NCBI GenBank assembly: GCA_965235115.1
Contig: OZ249439.1
Location: forward strand, 21,948,001 to 22,012,000
DNA: 64,000 nucleotides
DNA from: Laetmonice hystrix
Taxonomy: Eukaryota
Direction: 5' to 3'
Positions 52,301 through 63,789 of the stretch are shown here, piece by piece. How positions within the stretch are numbered: the first letter of the stretch is position 1; each line of letters begins with the position of its first letter. The notes beneath the pieces were generated by a model, which was not told the origin of the DNA, made no database searches, and worked only from the letters and a program-made list of their open reading frames with translations. Both the position numbers and the translations under genes were made by a program.

Positions 52301-55300
52301 CGCAATAAAGATTCCTTGGCTAATTATTCAATGTATACATTCCGTAGAGGATAAAAAAAAACACGGCAACATTTCTCTTTTTAGAAAAACGCAATTTAAT
52401 AGCGGAATAAATCGTTAATAATTTCAGAATGAGTTTCTGGTTTTCCCAGGTAGTGTTCATGGCAGCACGCCAGGCCACTAGAATTACATGCATGTATTTG
52501 AATCTTAAGGATCGGGTTCCTATTAAATCTTATGGTCTTTTTGAATGCGTGCACCGATCAAACCTGACCTTTGACACTCAATGAATACATTACGTGTCTC
52601 ACAGCACTTACTTTTTAACAATTTAGTATTCCAGTTTACAAACAAAAATCAGGTCTTAGTATATTGATCCTTTTCCTTTTTAACAATAATAAAACCATAA
52701 ACAATAATAAAACCTATCTGTTCTATGACTAAACATGATTCATAAAAATAGTAATGCGAATTTTGTTATCTTACGAAATCACCAACGTCTGTTACTGCTC
52801 AAACCAAATGTTTGTACTACATCTTGCTTTGATTTCGTAACGTCTACTGCCTTGAATTTCTATACAGTACCATACCATAAAGAATTAGATTAGATACCAT
52901 AAAGATTTATTTCTTTATTTAAAAAAAAACTGTTTCTAAGATTTGGACCGAGTTATTGTGAAGCTTGATTGTCATGAATTAGCCAAATATCGTGAGAATA
53001 AATTGAAACGATCCTTTATAGGAGAGTTCTCCATGAATTGTGGGTATCATTTGTTAATTACACTTCCTGTAGGCTGCAACAAACGAATGAAGTAGGAAGT
53101 GATCATCTTCAGAATTTTTTATGACAGATCTAATATGCACGTGTCTCTGCAGAAGTTCTCTGCCCGACGTTGTTATCCCTTGAAATGATTCCCATATTGC
53201 GCATGTATAAAGGCGGATTCCATTTTATCTCATCTGAAGTTCCTTCCCCGAAAAAAAAGGAATTTCCTTCAAGAGTCTCTCCGACGGAGCGGCTGTGAGA
53301 TTGGAGATGTGATATTAACAAATTGGCTCAATTTCGTAATGATTCCTACATCGAAATCTATGGGCGGAGATTGTGGCGCCCGTGATCCAAGCCGACCGGG
53401 TATTAGAAGGTTTCGACTGCTAGGTGCCAGTGTCAGTCAAACGCTTGCCGTGCCAGTCAAATGGCTGGCTTACCCCGGCAGTGGGAGTCAAATGACCACC
53501 GACGGCACAACTCCTGTTGTTAATTGCTTCCTCCTAATGACTACCAGTGTCTATTTTATCTGTATGATAATGAGGAGAGTATGTAGGGAAGTATAGCCGG
53601 GCGCATCAGGGGATGTGTGAAGTATTGATTTACACACATCAGTACAATATCCGACCAGCAGCCCGCTCAGCCCCAATACCACCACAGCTGCCTAGGCATC
53701 TCTAATTACTGGCCATCACCACGGAACCGGCCGGAGCCGTCAAAATGAGAGCAGCTCTCCAACGGTAATCATCCTTTCTTGGTGATATATATACTTCGCT
53801 CACACCCATGGCTATGGAGGGCTGGAAAACGGTGGGCGTCAATGAAAACCATTTTGCATGTTGCGTTTAGGGGCAGCACTCATTCAATATATTTTTTTTA
53901 ACCAACACTGTCTTCCTTGATCGGAAACAACAGTGTGGGAATTGTTTGTAAATTATTGACAAATATTAGCGGTACATGTGGGGGGGGGGGGGCATCCCTT
54001 TTAGTGGGCAGCCCCTATTCTCCCAAATCAACGCTCTCCGTGTCGACCCCCGAATATTAAACATTGGCCGGGTCATCGATCACCGTCGGGTCTAACAGGA
54101 GCTCAGCGAGAACACAATGGGCCAGCGACCGGCCGGGCGCCCAGATAGGTCGGCTCTCAGCCACATGGGGGTTGACTTGTAGGGGTGGTAGGATGGGGGG
54201 GGGCACACAGCCAGCAATATTACCACTCACTCTCTACCCTCACTACCGCTTAATCAGGCAATCGTCTAATCAGGAGATTATTGCTGCCCGCTCACATTAA
54301 GGCCGATACTTCACAAGACAATTAGCAAGTAATAAATAGATGATACATGCGCCGCCTTATAAAAATTATTATTATAGAGACATCGAGAGAGCGAAAAAAA
54401 TATTTCGTAAATTTATGCCACGCGTAATCTTTGAAAATCATTAAAATTGGAGTGTACTCGTCTCATGTTTTTCAACTCAGTGTTCTACCAAAGGCTCCTG
54501 AATAAAAGAAATCCTGGTTCAACTTTCATTTCTGGCAATGTTAGTATCCTCACCGATTGTTACTGCTAATTGGTTAGCTGTCAATGAACTTTGACCCCTA
54601 CCAGAAGTAACAAGTGAGACCAACATCAGAGAAGGTCGACATCCCAACCCAACAGAATTCGGTGTGAGGTCCTGGGTGGAGGAAGAAACTGGTATACAAT
54701 TCGTTCAGGTCATTCCACAGCAGCGCCAACATTCGTTCACCTACAATAGCCAACTGACATGATTACCTAGGATGACATCATCACCCGAAGTTCAGTCTGG
54801 TCAATAGATGAACCATGAACAGCTCCTACCCTGAGAACAGGCGCTCAGCCAGGTCAATGGATGAACCATGAACAGCTCCTACCCTGAGAACAGGCGCTCA
54901 GCCAGGCCAATGGATGAACCACGAACAGCTCAGGACCCTGAGAACAGGCGCTCAGCCCGGTCAATGGATGAACTATGAACAGCCCCTACCCTGAGAACAG
55001 GCGCTCAGCCAGGTCAATGGATGAACCAGAACAGCTCCTACCCTGAGAACTGACGCTCAGCCCGGTCAATGGATGAACCAGAACAGCTCCTACCCGGAGA
55101 ACTGGCGCTCAGCCAGGTCAATGGATGAACCAGAACAGCTCCTACCCTGACAACGGACGCTCAGCCCGGTCAATGGATGAACCAGAACAGCTCCTACCCG
55201 GAGAACTGGCGCTCAGCCCGGTCAATGGATGAACCAGAACAGCTCCTACCCGGAGAACTGGCGCTCAGCCCGGTCAATGGATGAACCATCAACAGCTCCT

Positions 55301-56500
55301 ACCCTGAGAACGGACGCTTACCCGCCAGTTTACGGCTACACTGAGCCAGCCACCTTATCGCACGCTAACAACACACCCCTGTCATCCCACCGACTCACGT
55401 CTGGAGGCGGGGGGGGGGGGGGGAGCGCGAGAAATGGACCCATCAGGAGCTGCACATTTCTACACGCTCCATTATGATCCACGCATCCAAGCGGCAATTA
55501 CCGTTGATGTGGTATTCAACCAATACAAAGAGGTCGTCCGCAAGAGGCGGACAGAAATTGACCAGGGAAAGAACCCATTTGGGGTTTCCTTTCCACGACC
55601 TACACATACTGCCTGTAATGGTAAATACTAGAGTATAAGCCACCGCTGGCAATGCGTGACCTCGCTTCGACCTGAAACACTACGGCAATGTGCCAAATGA
55701 AACCTCATCTACAACTTCCTGTGAATAATGCTCAGAGTTAATCAGCTTGAACAGTTGTCGACATCCCGAGACGTGTATCGGTACGATCACAAGTTGAAAT
55801 AGGTCCGGTGAGAAAAACTCAAACGTTTAAACAATTTCAAGTTTTTGAATCCGACCGTAATATTTTGTACCAATGTAGGACAGCAACAAAGTAGTTCATT
55901 GGTCCATAATAGACCCAGTACTGTAAACGGGTCAGTTTCCATTTGATTGCTTCACTTTGCATTTCATTACATAAGACAAATCATGCTAAATGCTAATCAT
56001 ACAAATAATGATACAAAGTAATGACGATAACATTACCATGGAATAACGTCCAATTTCCCGTTACGTTTTTGTTGCATCATTACTTCTATCTCTATTGTCA
56101 TTGCTATTATCATTAATACATGTGTATATTATTATCGTCATTACCGTTATGGCTAGCCGGGTCTCTTGATTAAAGACAGCCAGGTCACATGTACGCTGCG
56201 TGTCAGCGACGTGTCCTGGCATTTCACCTCAGCCAAGACCATGTGAGCCGACCACGGGGGTCTTCCTTCACTACCGACGGGGCCATGTGAGCCTGTCTGC
56301 CGGCCCGACGGCCCTCTGCTGCCCCGATTACTGCGATCAATAGAAAACCAAGCCGGGGCGCCCTACTGCAGCGCCCCCCACTCACCCTTCTTTCGCTCCC
56401 ATTGACGCTGCCCGGTGCCTCGTCACGCTGGCCCCGGCTTCCGACGCCGCCGCCGCTGCTGCTGCTGAGGCCGTTGTTGCTGCATCACCACTATTAGTCG
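14963..56500 (-). CDS. AFF4: AF4/FMR2 family member (AFF1-4/lilli co-ortholog), 5'-partial, ~1270 aa in window
   Basis: Exons 56386-56500 (tentative), 43098-43164, 40380-40426, 28606-28801, 24203-26328, 20588-20855, 19852-20051, 19271-19334, 18899-19038, 18011-18082, 16549-16642, 16128-16256, 15250-15442, 14963-15072 (TGA); all GT-AG and phase-compatible. Family motifs: ELANDLAISSDSD, Ser-rich transactivation region, SWALCNW, AF9/ENL-binding-like VMVHLDLSLLSQLP, and the C-terminal homology domain. The symbol denotes the family; vertebrate paralog assignment is not meaningful. Confidence 0.92.
17069..17645. repeat. 36-bp minisatellite x16 with CRE core
   Basis: Unit CATTACGATGACATAGTGACGTCACGAGTTCCCTAG; 16 units, counted via the 12-aa periodicity of ORF 17040..17681; lies in AFF intron 16643-18010. 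Confidence 0.97.
21129..21242. repeat. 52-bp tandem duplication (~2.2 copies)
   Basis: AATCAGTCCTA(G/T)ACAGGT(G/T)GCTTAAAACACATTGT(T/C)ACGGTATACGG repeated. Confidence 0.85.
22771..22920. repeat. Degenerate 35-bp tandem repeat
   Basis: CAACAGTACTAG(C/T)TGCCTGGGTG(T/G)GTTAACCAGCC x2 followed by decayed copies. Confidence 0.7.
22977..23950. mobile_element. Decayed/nested PIF-Harbinger-like MITE cluster
   Basis: Junction TGTGAGGCAGCC-TTA-AGGCTGGCATACACA (23319-23348) resembles two Harbinger-type ends sharing a TTA target; related end copies at ~23434 and 23732; internal hairpins; no transposase. Family call is inference. Confidence 0.4.
24203..26328 (-). CDS. AFF4: AFF large central exon (2126 bp), Ser/Pro/Lys-rich disordered region
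   Basis: Open frame (ORF track 24199..26286 plus 14 upstream codons QSSRSWALCNWKDD); acceptor TTTCAG at 26329, donor GTAAGT at 24202; AF9/ENL-binding-like motif at 24709-24750. Confidence 0.92.
28606..28801 (-). CDS. AFF4: AFF Ser-rich exon
   Basis: SSESSSSGSESSDSGSESESSSSDNE...SPSPPPPPEPE; TTGCAG acceptor and GTGAGT donor; matches the AFF SESSSGSDSESESSSSD block. Confidence 0.9.
32083..32950. repeat. Compound minisatellite: ~65-75-bp units then 43-bp units
   Basis: ~5 copies of GTGAC(C/T)TGGTGGAGCTCAGGCCTTCTCC... (32118-32430), then ~11 copies of GGTCGGCCTCAGACCTTCTCCAGGCCTCCAGTCCCTCAGACAG. Confidence 0.9.
34338..34505. repeat. 21-bp minisatellite
   Basis: CAGACAACACTACTGCCTGGT x~5, preceded by degenerate copies. 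Confidence 0.9.
35474..39746. repeat. 52/53-bp satellite, ~81 copies, 4.3 kb
   Basis: Unit GGGGCCCACTCCAATACT(A/C)GAGA(C/T)GTCTCTCACAATCCAAGGATACAAACC(G)T; near-identical copies, no spacers. Confidence 0.99.
40380..40426 (-). CDS. AFF4: AFF 47-bp linker exon
   Basis: TTATTTTCAG acceptor, GTATGT donor, encodes GPEQNRRSSASEKTR-R; the only candidate I found supplying the required phase 0 to 2 bridge between exons 43098 and 28801. Confidence 0.7.
43098..43164 (-). CDS. AFF4: AFF exon VSLSKELANDLAISSDSDTEDQ
   Basis: Strong TCTCTGCAG acceptor and GTGAGT donor; resembles the AFF SMLEDDLKLSSDE motif. Confidence 0.85.
47515..47700. repeat. 45-bp minisatellite x4
   Basis: GTAATAGCTCGGACAATTCAGAGAGAATGTCTCAGACCAGCAGCT (15-aa periodicity in ORF 47498..47716). 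Confidence 0.95.
54799..55323. repeat. 52-54-bp minisatellite x10
   Basis: GGTCAATGGATGAACCA(T)GAACAGCTCCTACCC(T/G)GAGAAC(A/T)GGCGCTCAGCC(A/C). Confidence 0.95.
56386..56500 (-). CDS. AFF4: Probable AFF exon with poly-Ala
   Basis: GCTTTTCCAG acceptor, GTGAGT donor; only one open frame (TNSGDAATTASAAAAAAASEAGASVTRHRAASMGAKE-G), ending in phase 2 as the next exon requires. No conserved family motif. Confidence 0.65.
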
Positions 56501-58689
56501 CTGGAAAAGCCCAAGGTAGCATAAATCAATGGTTGTGTCGGTACAAGGGCCACTGCTAGGGTGATCATCCACAGAGCTGGGAAGTTGATATTGGGTAATC
56601 CATGAGGGTGATCAGGGTAAAATCCAATGAGGTTTTAGCATTGTTGTTGTGGTGGGTTGCCTCCGATGGGGGGCTAGCAGTGGTGGCGGTGGTGGTGGGG
56701 GTGGGGCCCCCGGAGGGACGGAGACAGGGACGGCCCGGTGCTGCCAGGCGGTGCGTGTACGCGGCACGCGCCCATCAGTGGTTAATGGTTAGTGTTTGGG
56801 GGGAAAGCCTATCCTACTGCTTCCTCCTTCACCGCCTCGGCCACCGCGCGCCCTGCTGCCACCTGGCTGTGAACGGCTGAACCTCACCCCCGCCAGCGCA
56901 CCTACCGCATCCAATCTGTGTACCCACTTACCTCATCCTACATCACGGACACCATCTGACACCTGCTTCCCAACCCCCCCCCCCCCCACCTGGGCCAATA
57001 CCGTTAGATACTCCGCGCTTCATGTCCACACGGGCTCATCTTCTTAAACCCTACACCTAACACTATCAAACAAATTCCTTGAAATCGATAAAAGTATACA
57101 CCCTGCCCACGTTTGCTACGCCCTTTTATCATGGACACAAAAAGGCCAATTTACAACAGCCCACTCCATAACGGTCTCAATGCATCAGATATTAAAGCAA
57201 GGCTTGGAGCTGGCGTAGAGCTGCCGGGGTCAAAGTTCGCCGTTCATCTTATTGATTATTCTGCTCATGCCCGGCCTTCTATTTCCAAGGCCCACGACTG
57301 CCCGCCGCCCACAAATTACTTGTCACAAGACATTTATCTTGCCTCCACTGCTTCAGCCTCAGTCAATTCCCAAGCCGCAACTCAGCCATCTTGAACAGTG
57401 TGCGATATCGAACGTTTCCTCACGTGAACCCCATACAAGAGACGCCTGATCAGAAAACGTCGGTGTGGAGAGTGACGACTGAACCAAAGGATTACTCCCC
57501 CTCACAACACGTGAATACAGTGGCGCTATCAATTACAAGTCGATGTCATAATTTGGAGAAATCCGGCCTCAAATCTTAGCCCATCCATCTATTATCCAAC
57601 AATAGAGATTCCTGTTCATACGACCTCTATCGTATCACTACCCCACATGGATTCTCACTATGCCGTCATGACTGCCGTCTGTTGGTGCAATCAATGACAG
57701 AAGCTCCCGAATAGTCTATGGGCAACAAAAAATAAGGTGTTTGTCTAACGAAATCTAACGACGGTTGAATATATTTAATGCAGCACTCAAGGGTATTGTT
57801 TTAACAGTTAATGTGCTGTGACCCTACAGGAAAGAAAGATCCTTCACATCACAACCAATTTAACTGACACAGATGAACTTAAACAGTCCGATGGTAATAT
57901 CACAATCAAACGACCGATTCATATAGTGGGTGATCACAGAAATAATCTTCTTGATCAATTTGGATTTATAAAAATTGAAATCAATAAAAACTCTTTAACA
58001 CCACATTTTCTTTGCAAACAGGCTACGCAATAACCTAGAAAGACACTTTGTTTTAAACATTTTCAGTATATAGGCCTTAAAAAAAACAAAGTAAAAAAAG
58101 GAAATTGCGAACGGTGAGTGTCGGCCATTGGCTATTACCACACTGCAGAAAAAAGGTCTGACCTATCTTCCCATCAAGTTATAACCATTAAACCAACAAA
58201 CCTTACAGGCAACAAGTAACTAAAATGTGTAATTAAGCATGTAGAAAAACTTATAGAATTCAACATTAAACACACACTTTAATTAGTTTTATGATACGCA
58301 ATTATAAAAAATCACATTAATACGAATACAGTAGAACGACCAGGGCATACATCATAAAAAAGTCATGCCAATGGGTTTTTCCTCAACTGACTGTTTTCCA
58401 TTGATAATCTACAACAATATGTACCATCTAAAATGTCATGTTCGGAACAAGACAACTAAACAGGCACATTATGATCACACACCGATAGAAACAACTGCAA
58501 TTGACAAAAACACACACACTTCTGTCAGACTGGATGACAGCAGTTAATCTTGTACGCCCGGTACAGACATGCTGTCGTCCACGACATAAAACAACAAGAA
58601 AGATATTTTAATATACAACACCGATCTACCTTTCTCCTCTGAACTCAATCTCAGGTGGGGAACTTTACAATTTAGCATGACTGAATGGA

Positions 58690-58802
58690 TGGATGGCGGG
58701 TGGGTGGGTGTGGTTGATGGGTGGGGGTGAGGGATGGGGTGGGGTTGGGGGTGGATGTGGGTGGATGAATGAATGAGTGAATGAATGAATGAATGAATGA
58801 GT
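58690..58802. repeat. G-rich low-complexity tract plus (TGAA)n
   Basis: Multiple GGG/GGGG runs followed by about 9 TGAA-like units. Confidence 0.8.
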
Positions 58803-59445
58803 TTAAGACCAGGCGGACTTGGTTGAATATTCCCGCAAAATTAAATAGACCACCGGCAACTCCCCATGTAAAGCTGAATCCATGATGATGTCAACCGACA
58901 ATCTTACTCCCGCCCCCGCCCCTCGGCAATGAAGCAAACACCAGCACCCCCACACGTTGACAAATACAACTAATGAAGGTAGACCCAGCCGAGTTGTCGG
59001 TCGGTCGGGGCTGCCCCACTTCAACCGTCATTTTCTACGGCACCCCTCGGCCACACAACACAAACAGTCGACAACCACTGCGAATTCACCATCGGTCTCC
59101 ACTGATGACTGAGGCAGAGTGGCGAATTTAACGTCCGATAAATACCACCAGGTTACGGCAGTGTGTTAGCCGGGGGACAGCCGATAATCTGGGTGAGAAG
59201 GCTGTCACTGCACGCGGTCATGTCGGGTCTTCTCACGTCACACGAATTAACGGAGGGGGAGGGCGGGGGGGGGGGGGGCTTGTCACCAATCTGAACGAGA
59301 TGACGTACGTGATCTAACAAGAACCCCACCCCCACCCCCCGCCACCTGATTCAGGTGACAACGCCCATTCACGGAACCCAATCCAACCACCAACGTCACA
59401 GAGAGCGACACACCCTTGGCTGGTTCCCTCTCCGAGAGGAGAGAG

Positions 59446-60215
59446 ACAGGGAACCAGCCAGGGCAACCCCTACTCCTGCCGTCACGGCCGGGGGGCAGGG
59501 AACCAGCCAGGGCAACCCCTACTCCTGCCGTCACGGCCGGGATGGGGGGCAGGGTACCAGCCAGGGCAACCCCTACTCCTGCCGTCAAGGCCGGGGGGCA
59601 GGGTACCAGCCAGGGCAACCCCTACTCCTGCCGTCACGGCCGGGATGGGGGGCAGGGTACCAGCCAGGGCAACCCCTACTCCTGCCGTCAAGGCCGGGGG
59701 GGCAGGGTACCAGCCAGGGCAACCCCTACTCCTGCCATCACGGCCCGGGGGGGGGGGGGGGGCGGGCAGGGAACCAGCCAGGGCAACCCCTACTCCTGCC
59801 GTCACGGCCGGGGGGCAGGGTACCAGCAAGGGCAACCCCTACTCCTGCCATCACGGCCCGGGGGGGGGGGGGGCGGGCAGGGAACCAGCCAGGTCAACCC
59901 CTACTCCTGCCGTCACGGCCGGGGGCAGGGTACCAGCCAGGGCAACCCCTACTCCTGCCGTCACGGCCGGGGGGCAGGGAACCAGCCAGGGCAACCGCTA
60001 CTCCTGCCGTCACGGCCGGGGGGGGGGGGGGCAGGGAACCAGCCAGGGCAACCCCTACTCCTGCCGTCACGGCCGGGGGCAGGGTACCAGCCAGGGCAAC
60101 CCCTACTCCTGCCGTCACGGCCGGGGGGGGGGCAGGGTACCAGCCAGGGCAACCCCTACTCCTGCCGTCACGGCCGGCGGGGGAAGACCAGCCAGGGCAA
60201 CCCCTACTCCTGCCG
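59446..60215. repeat. GC-rich minisatellite x15 with variable G-tract
   Basis: Core CAGCCAGGGCAACCCCTACTCCTGCCGTCACGGCC-G(n)-CAGGG(A/T)AC; unit length varies with the G-run. Confidence 0.95.
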
Positions 60216-62150
60216 CCGGGGGTGGGGGCACGGGGTGCAGGTTTTAACCGACAACTGGTTTAAGCTGACAACAATATTGTCGGTTTGGATCCAGGTCTAA
60301 ACTGACAAATAATGACTTATTAGTGCTCACTAATTTGAACTGATTCAGGAGATGACAGCACCGAACGATAATTGCTCTAGCACTGTATAGAAATATAGGT
60401 TCCACTTTATGATTTTCTCATCACTTTATTAGTAATATTGATCTTACAGGTATTCCAAGTATTTTGTAGATGCAACACACAAAGCAACAAAATATGCACT
60501 GCCAATATTTTTGGTTGTTGTAAGAAGCAATCCAGGCTACAATCCTGTCATGGAGAATCAGTTCAAATTAGTAATTTATCATTCCAGCACTAGTGATCAT
60601 TATTTGTCAGTTGAGACCTGCATCTAAACCGACAACTGTTGTTAGCAGAATTTTCCTATCGAAATTAACACCGGTAGCTCTAGAAACTATACGGTCGCCA
60701 AGGGTGGCCCACCATCCATTGCTCTCCATCAATCATTTGATGGAAGCAACCCACTGCCACCCTCTGTCTAATTTTCCTCGACAATTTTTTTTTACAAGTT
60801 AATTTCCTCCCTGACACATTTGGTGTGGGTGTGGGTGTGGGTGTGGGTGCCCCCCGCATCCTATCCAGACGACATGTCACTCTGTATTCGGCTGTCGCCG
60901 GGTCCTTCCAACCACCGACTGTCAGTGCCAACTTTGTCCCGCCCCTTCTCATGTATATTTGATTGGTCAACATGCATCACACGGACGACAGGTGGATCTT
61001 ATATTACAAGACATTCAACTCTGGGCGGGCCATTAAACATCACTCTATCCCAGCTTCAAGGTTAATGGAAACCATTCCAGGATGAATATAGAGTGATCTA
61101 TTACGGTCTTACGTTACCCAATAGCTGAATGAGAGGGTCACTTGAATGTGCCAGGAAAACTGAACTGAAATCACTCAGATTCACTCCACTTAGTACCAAG
61201 CATAGGATCGCCTCACTCTATTAATTACTTTTTCCCAGAGGTCTTTGAATACTACTCTTGCTGTTGGCCCCTAGGGTATTATACTTATATTCTATTCCTA
61301 TCATGAAGAAAATGTGGAGAAGGCGAGGAGTTGTTAATAGGCATTATATAAGTATGTCACTGAACCAAAAATATTCCGCGGCCTCGGTGCAGAAAGGTCG
61401 TAACTAAAGCGGCAATTTTAGAGAACCACTTGTTATTGTTGAACCTTCCTCACCTTGGCTGCGCACTCAGGTAGCAATTAGTGATATCAGGACCATAAAC
61501 TGTTACCCATATTATCTGATGACCATAAAATTTTAAGTTTAAAAATTGTACTTCGTTCCCCTTTTTTTTCTTAATTTAAAACTTAATGATGGGGCCGGGG
61601 GGGGGGGCAAAACTAAATACACGAAAATCCAGACATTGAGAAAATGGAAGCCAATGGCATACAGGAGAAAAGTCAACACTTACATTTTGACGAGTGGCCA
61701 TCCTGAAACAAGAACAAAAATTGTTAGAACATAACGCTTGCCTCACGATATTCACTAGAATTGATGGATCTCAAATCAAACATAAAATCATACTGATCAC
61801 AATACACAGTACAATGCAATGCGATCTCCTTGTGTCATGCAGTCATTCCATCAATCTTAAAATACAACCCCACAGTCCTTGAATCCCATCTTGATACAAT
61901 CTTCCTCCATCATCTCAAGGGCACAGGACCAACCCCACTATATTCTTTAAATCTTTTTCTTCTCTGTGCGTCGGTTAACTGAGCAATACGAAAGATACGA
62001 TTCCTGCAGCACCAACAATCCTTGTGAACAATAACGTTACACTGTTCTCAAGTGTCATCTGTGGCTGCATTCATTTTCTACGTCTCAACATAGTGCACCG
62101 TCTCCGCCTTCACAAGAGTGGGCCACGACTCAGTGCAAGGACGTCGGCAA

Positions 62151-63025
62151 GATATACCGACCCCGTTACACATACAGAAACGGTACGACCCCTCAGGTAT
62201 ACACACCAACACAAGTGGACAATATCTCACCATCCTGACCACATCACATCGCTCCAGTAGACCCACACCCCATCAGATATACCGACCCCGTTACACATAC
62301 AGAAACGGTACAACCCCTCAGGTATACACACCAACACAAGTGGACAATATCTCACCATCCTGACCACATCACATCGCTCCAGTAGACCCCCACCCCATCA
62401 GATATACCGACCCCGTTACACATACAGAAACGGTACAACCCCTCAGGTATACACACCAACACAAGTGGACAATATCTCACCATCCTGACCACATCACATC
62501 GCTCCAGTAGACCCATACCCCATCAGATATACCGACCCCGTTACACATACAGAAACGGTACAACCCCTCAGGTATACACACCAACACAAGTGGACAATAT
62601 CTCACCATCCTGACCACATCACATCGCTCCAGTAGACCCACACCCCATCAGATATACCGACCCCGTTACACATACAGAAACGGTACTACCCCTCAGGTAT
62701 ACACACCAACACAAGTGGACAATATCTCACCATCCTGACCACATCACATCGCTCCAGTAGACCCATACCCCATCAGATATACCGACCCCGTTACACATAC
62801 AGAAACGGTACAACCCCTCAGGTATACACACCAACACAAGTGGACAATATCTCACCATCCTGACCACATCACATCGCTCCAGTAGACCCATACCCCATCA
62901 GATATACCGACCCCGTTACACATACAGAAACGGTACGACCCCTCAGGTATACACACCAACACATAAGTGGACAATATCTCACCATCCTGACCACATCACA
63001 TCGCTCCAGTAGACCCACACCCCAT
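62151..63025. repeat. 125-bp tandem repeat x7
   Basis: GATATACCGA anchor recurs at 62151, 62276, 62401, 62526, 62651, 62776 and 62901; copies nearly identical. Confidence 0.98.
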
Positions 63026-63789
63026 CACAAAAATCCAAATACCCCATTAACTCCTCCATCCACCCCATTTTCTTTTCTGGTTCCCCCCATTTGTTGTGAC
63101 GATGGGTATCAGAGAGGACAACATGTCGGCAGCCCTGGCCCTGACGCTCCATACACACAGTGCTGTGATTTGACATTGGAAAGCCCCCCGCCCCACCCCC
63201 ACCCCCACCCCCAGCCCATATTTGATCGTGTCTAGCGGTCGGTCATACTACATACACCATGCACGGCCTCAGAAACCTTCAATATGGGGTCACATCAATT
63301 CTCTGGGCGGTCTGTGAGGGTAAGGGCTATCGGAACCCCCCCGAGGGTCTCCTTACTTACACGGATCATCTCTCATCCTGGCCGTCTTGGTCCTAATGTA
63401 GATTTACTGCCAGCCGTGGCAGCCATTACAGCACCTAGAGTGTCCCTCTGTGTGAAGGTGGCCAGGTGTGGGAGCAGAGTGCTGCAACCACTGGCTGGGG
63501 GGAGGGGGGGGGGATAACGGGCTTACAAATCCATCATAGTACTATACATTTGTACTACTATTATCTATACCGCCACTTCATCTGTCCGCCAAATAATTTT
63601 GAGACCCACCCTCAAAATAAAAAACTCCGATTGCCAAATTGGAGCCCGATCGAATGACAGAAATATCAAGTCCATCCAAAAATACTTGATTGGAAAACGT
63701 TTCTTACAAGTCTCCTCTTTCAACCTTTTTAAAATACCTAGTAACCTTTCTTCCATCCAGGCTCCTGAGAGGTTAAATCGGGATCGCTT

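Noticed and set aside
55434-55631. Plus-strand 65-aa ORF with protein-like composition
   Set aside because: No recognisable homology, splice context or promoter; treated as chance.
4557-59110. CTGATGA hits as hammerhead ribozyme or C/D snoRNA cores
   Set aside because: No matching GAAA and stems, and no box D with a terminal stem, near any hit I inspected.
59446-60215. Resemblance of GGCCGG...CAGCC...GGGCAAC to the HDV ribozyme
   Set aside because: The L3, P3' and P1' segments and the catalytic J4/2 element cannot be placed; similarity looks coincidental.
17040-63025. CRISPR-like arrays (36-bp, 53-bp and 125-bp repeats)
   Set aside because: Units are head-to-tail with no unique spacers, there are no cas genes, and the context is eukaryotic introns.
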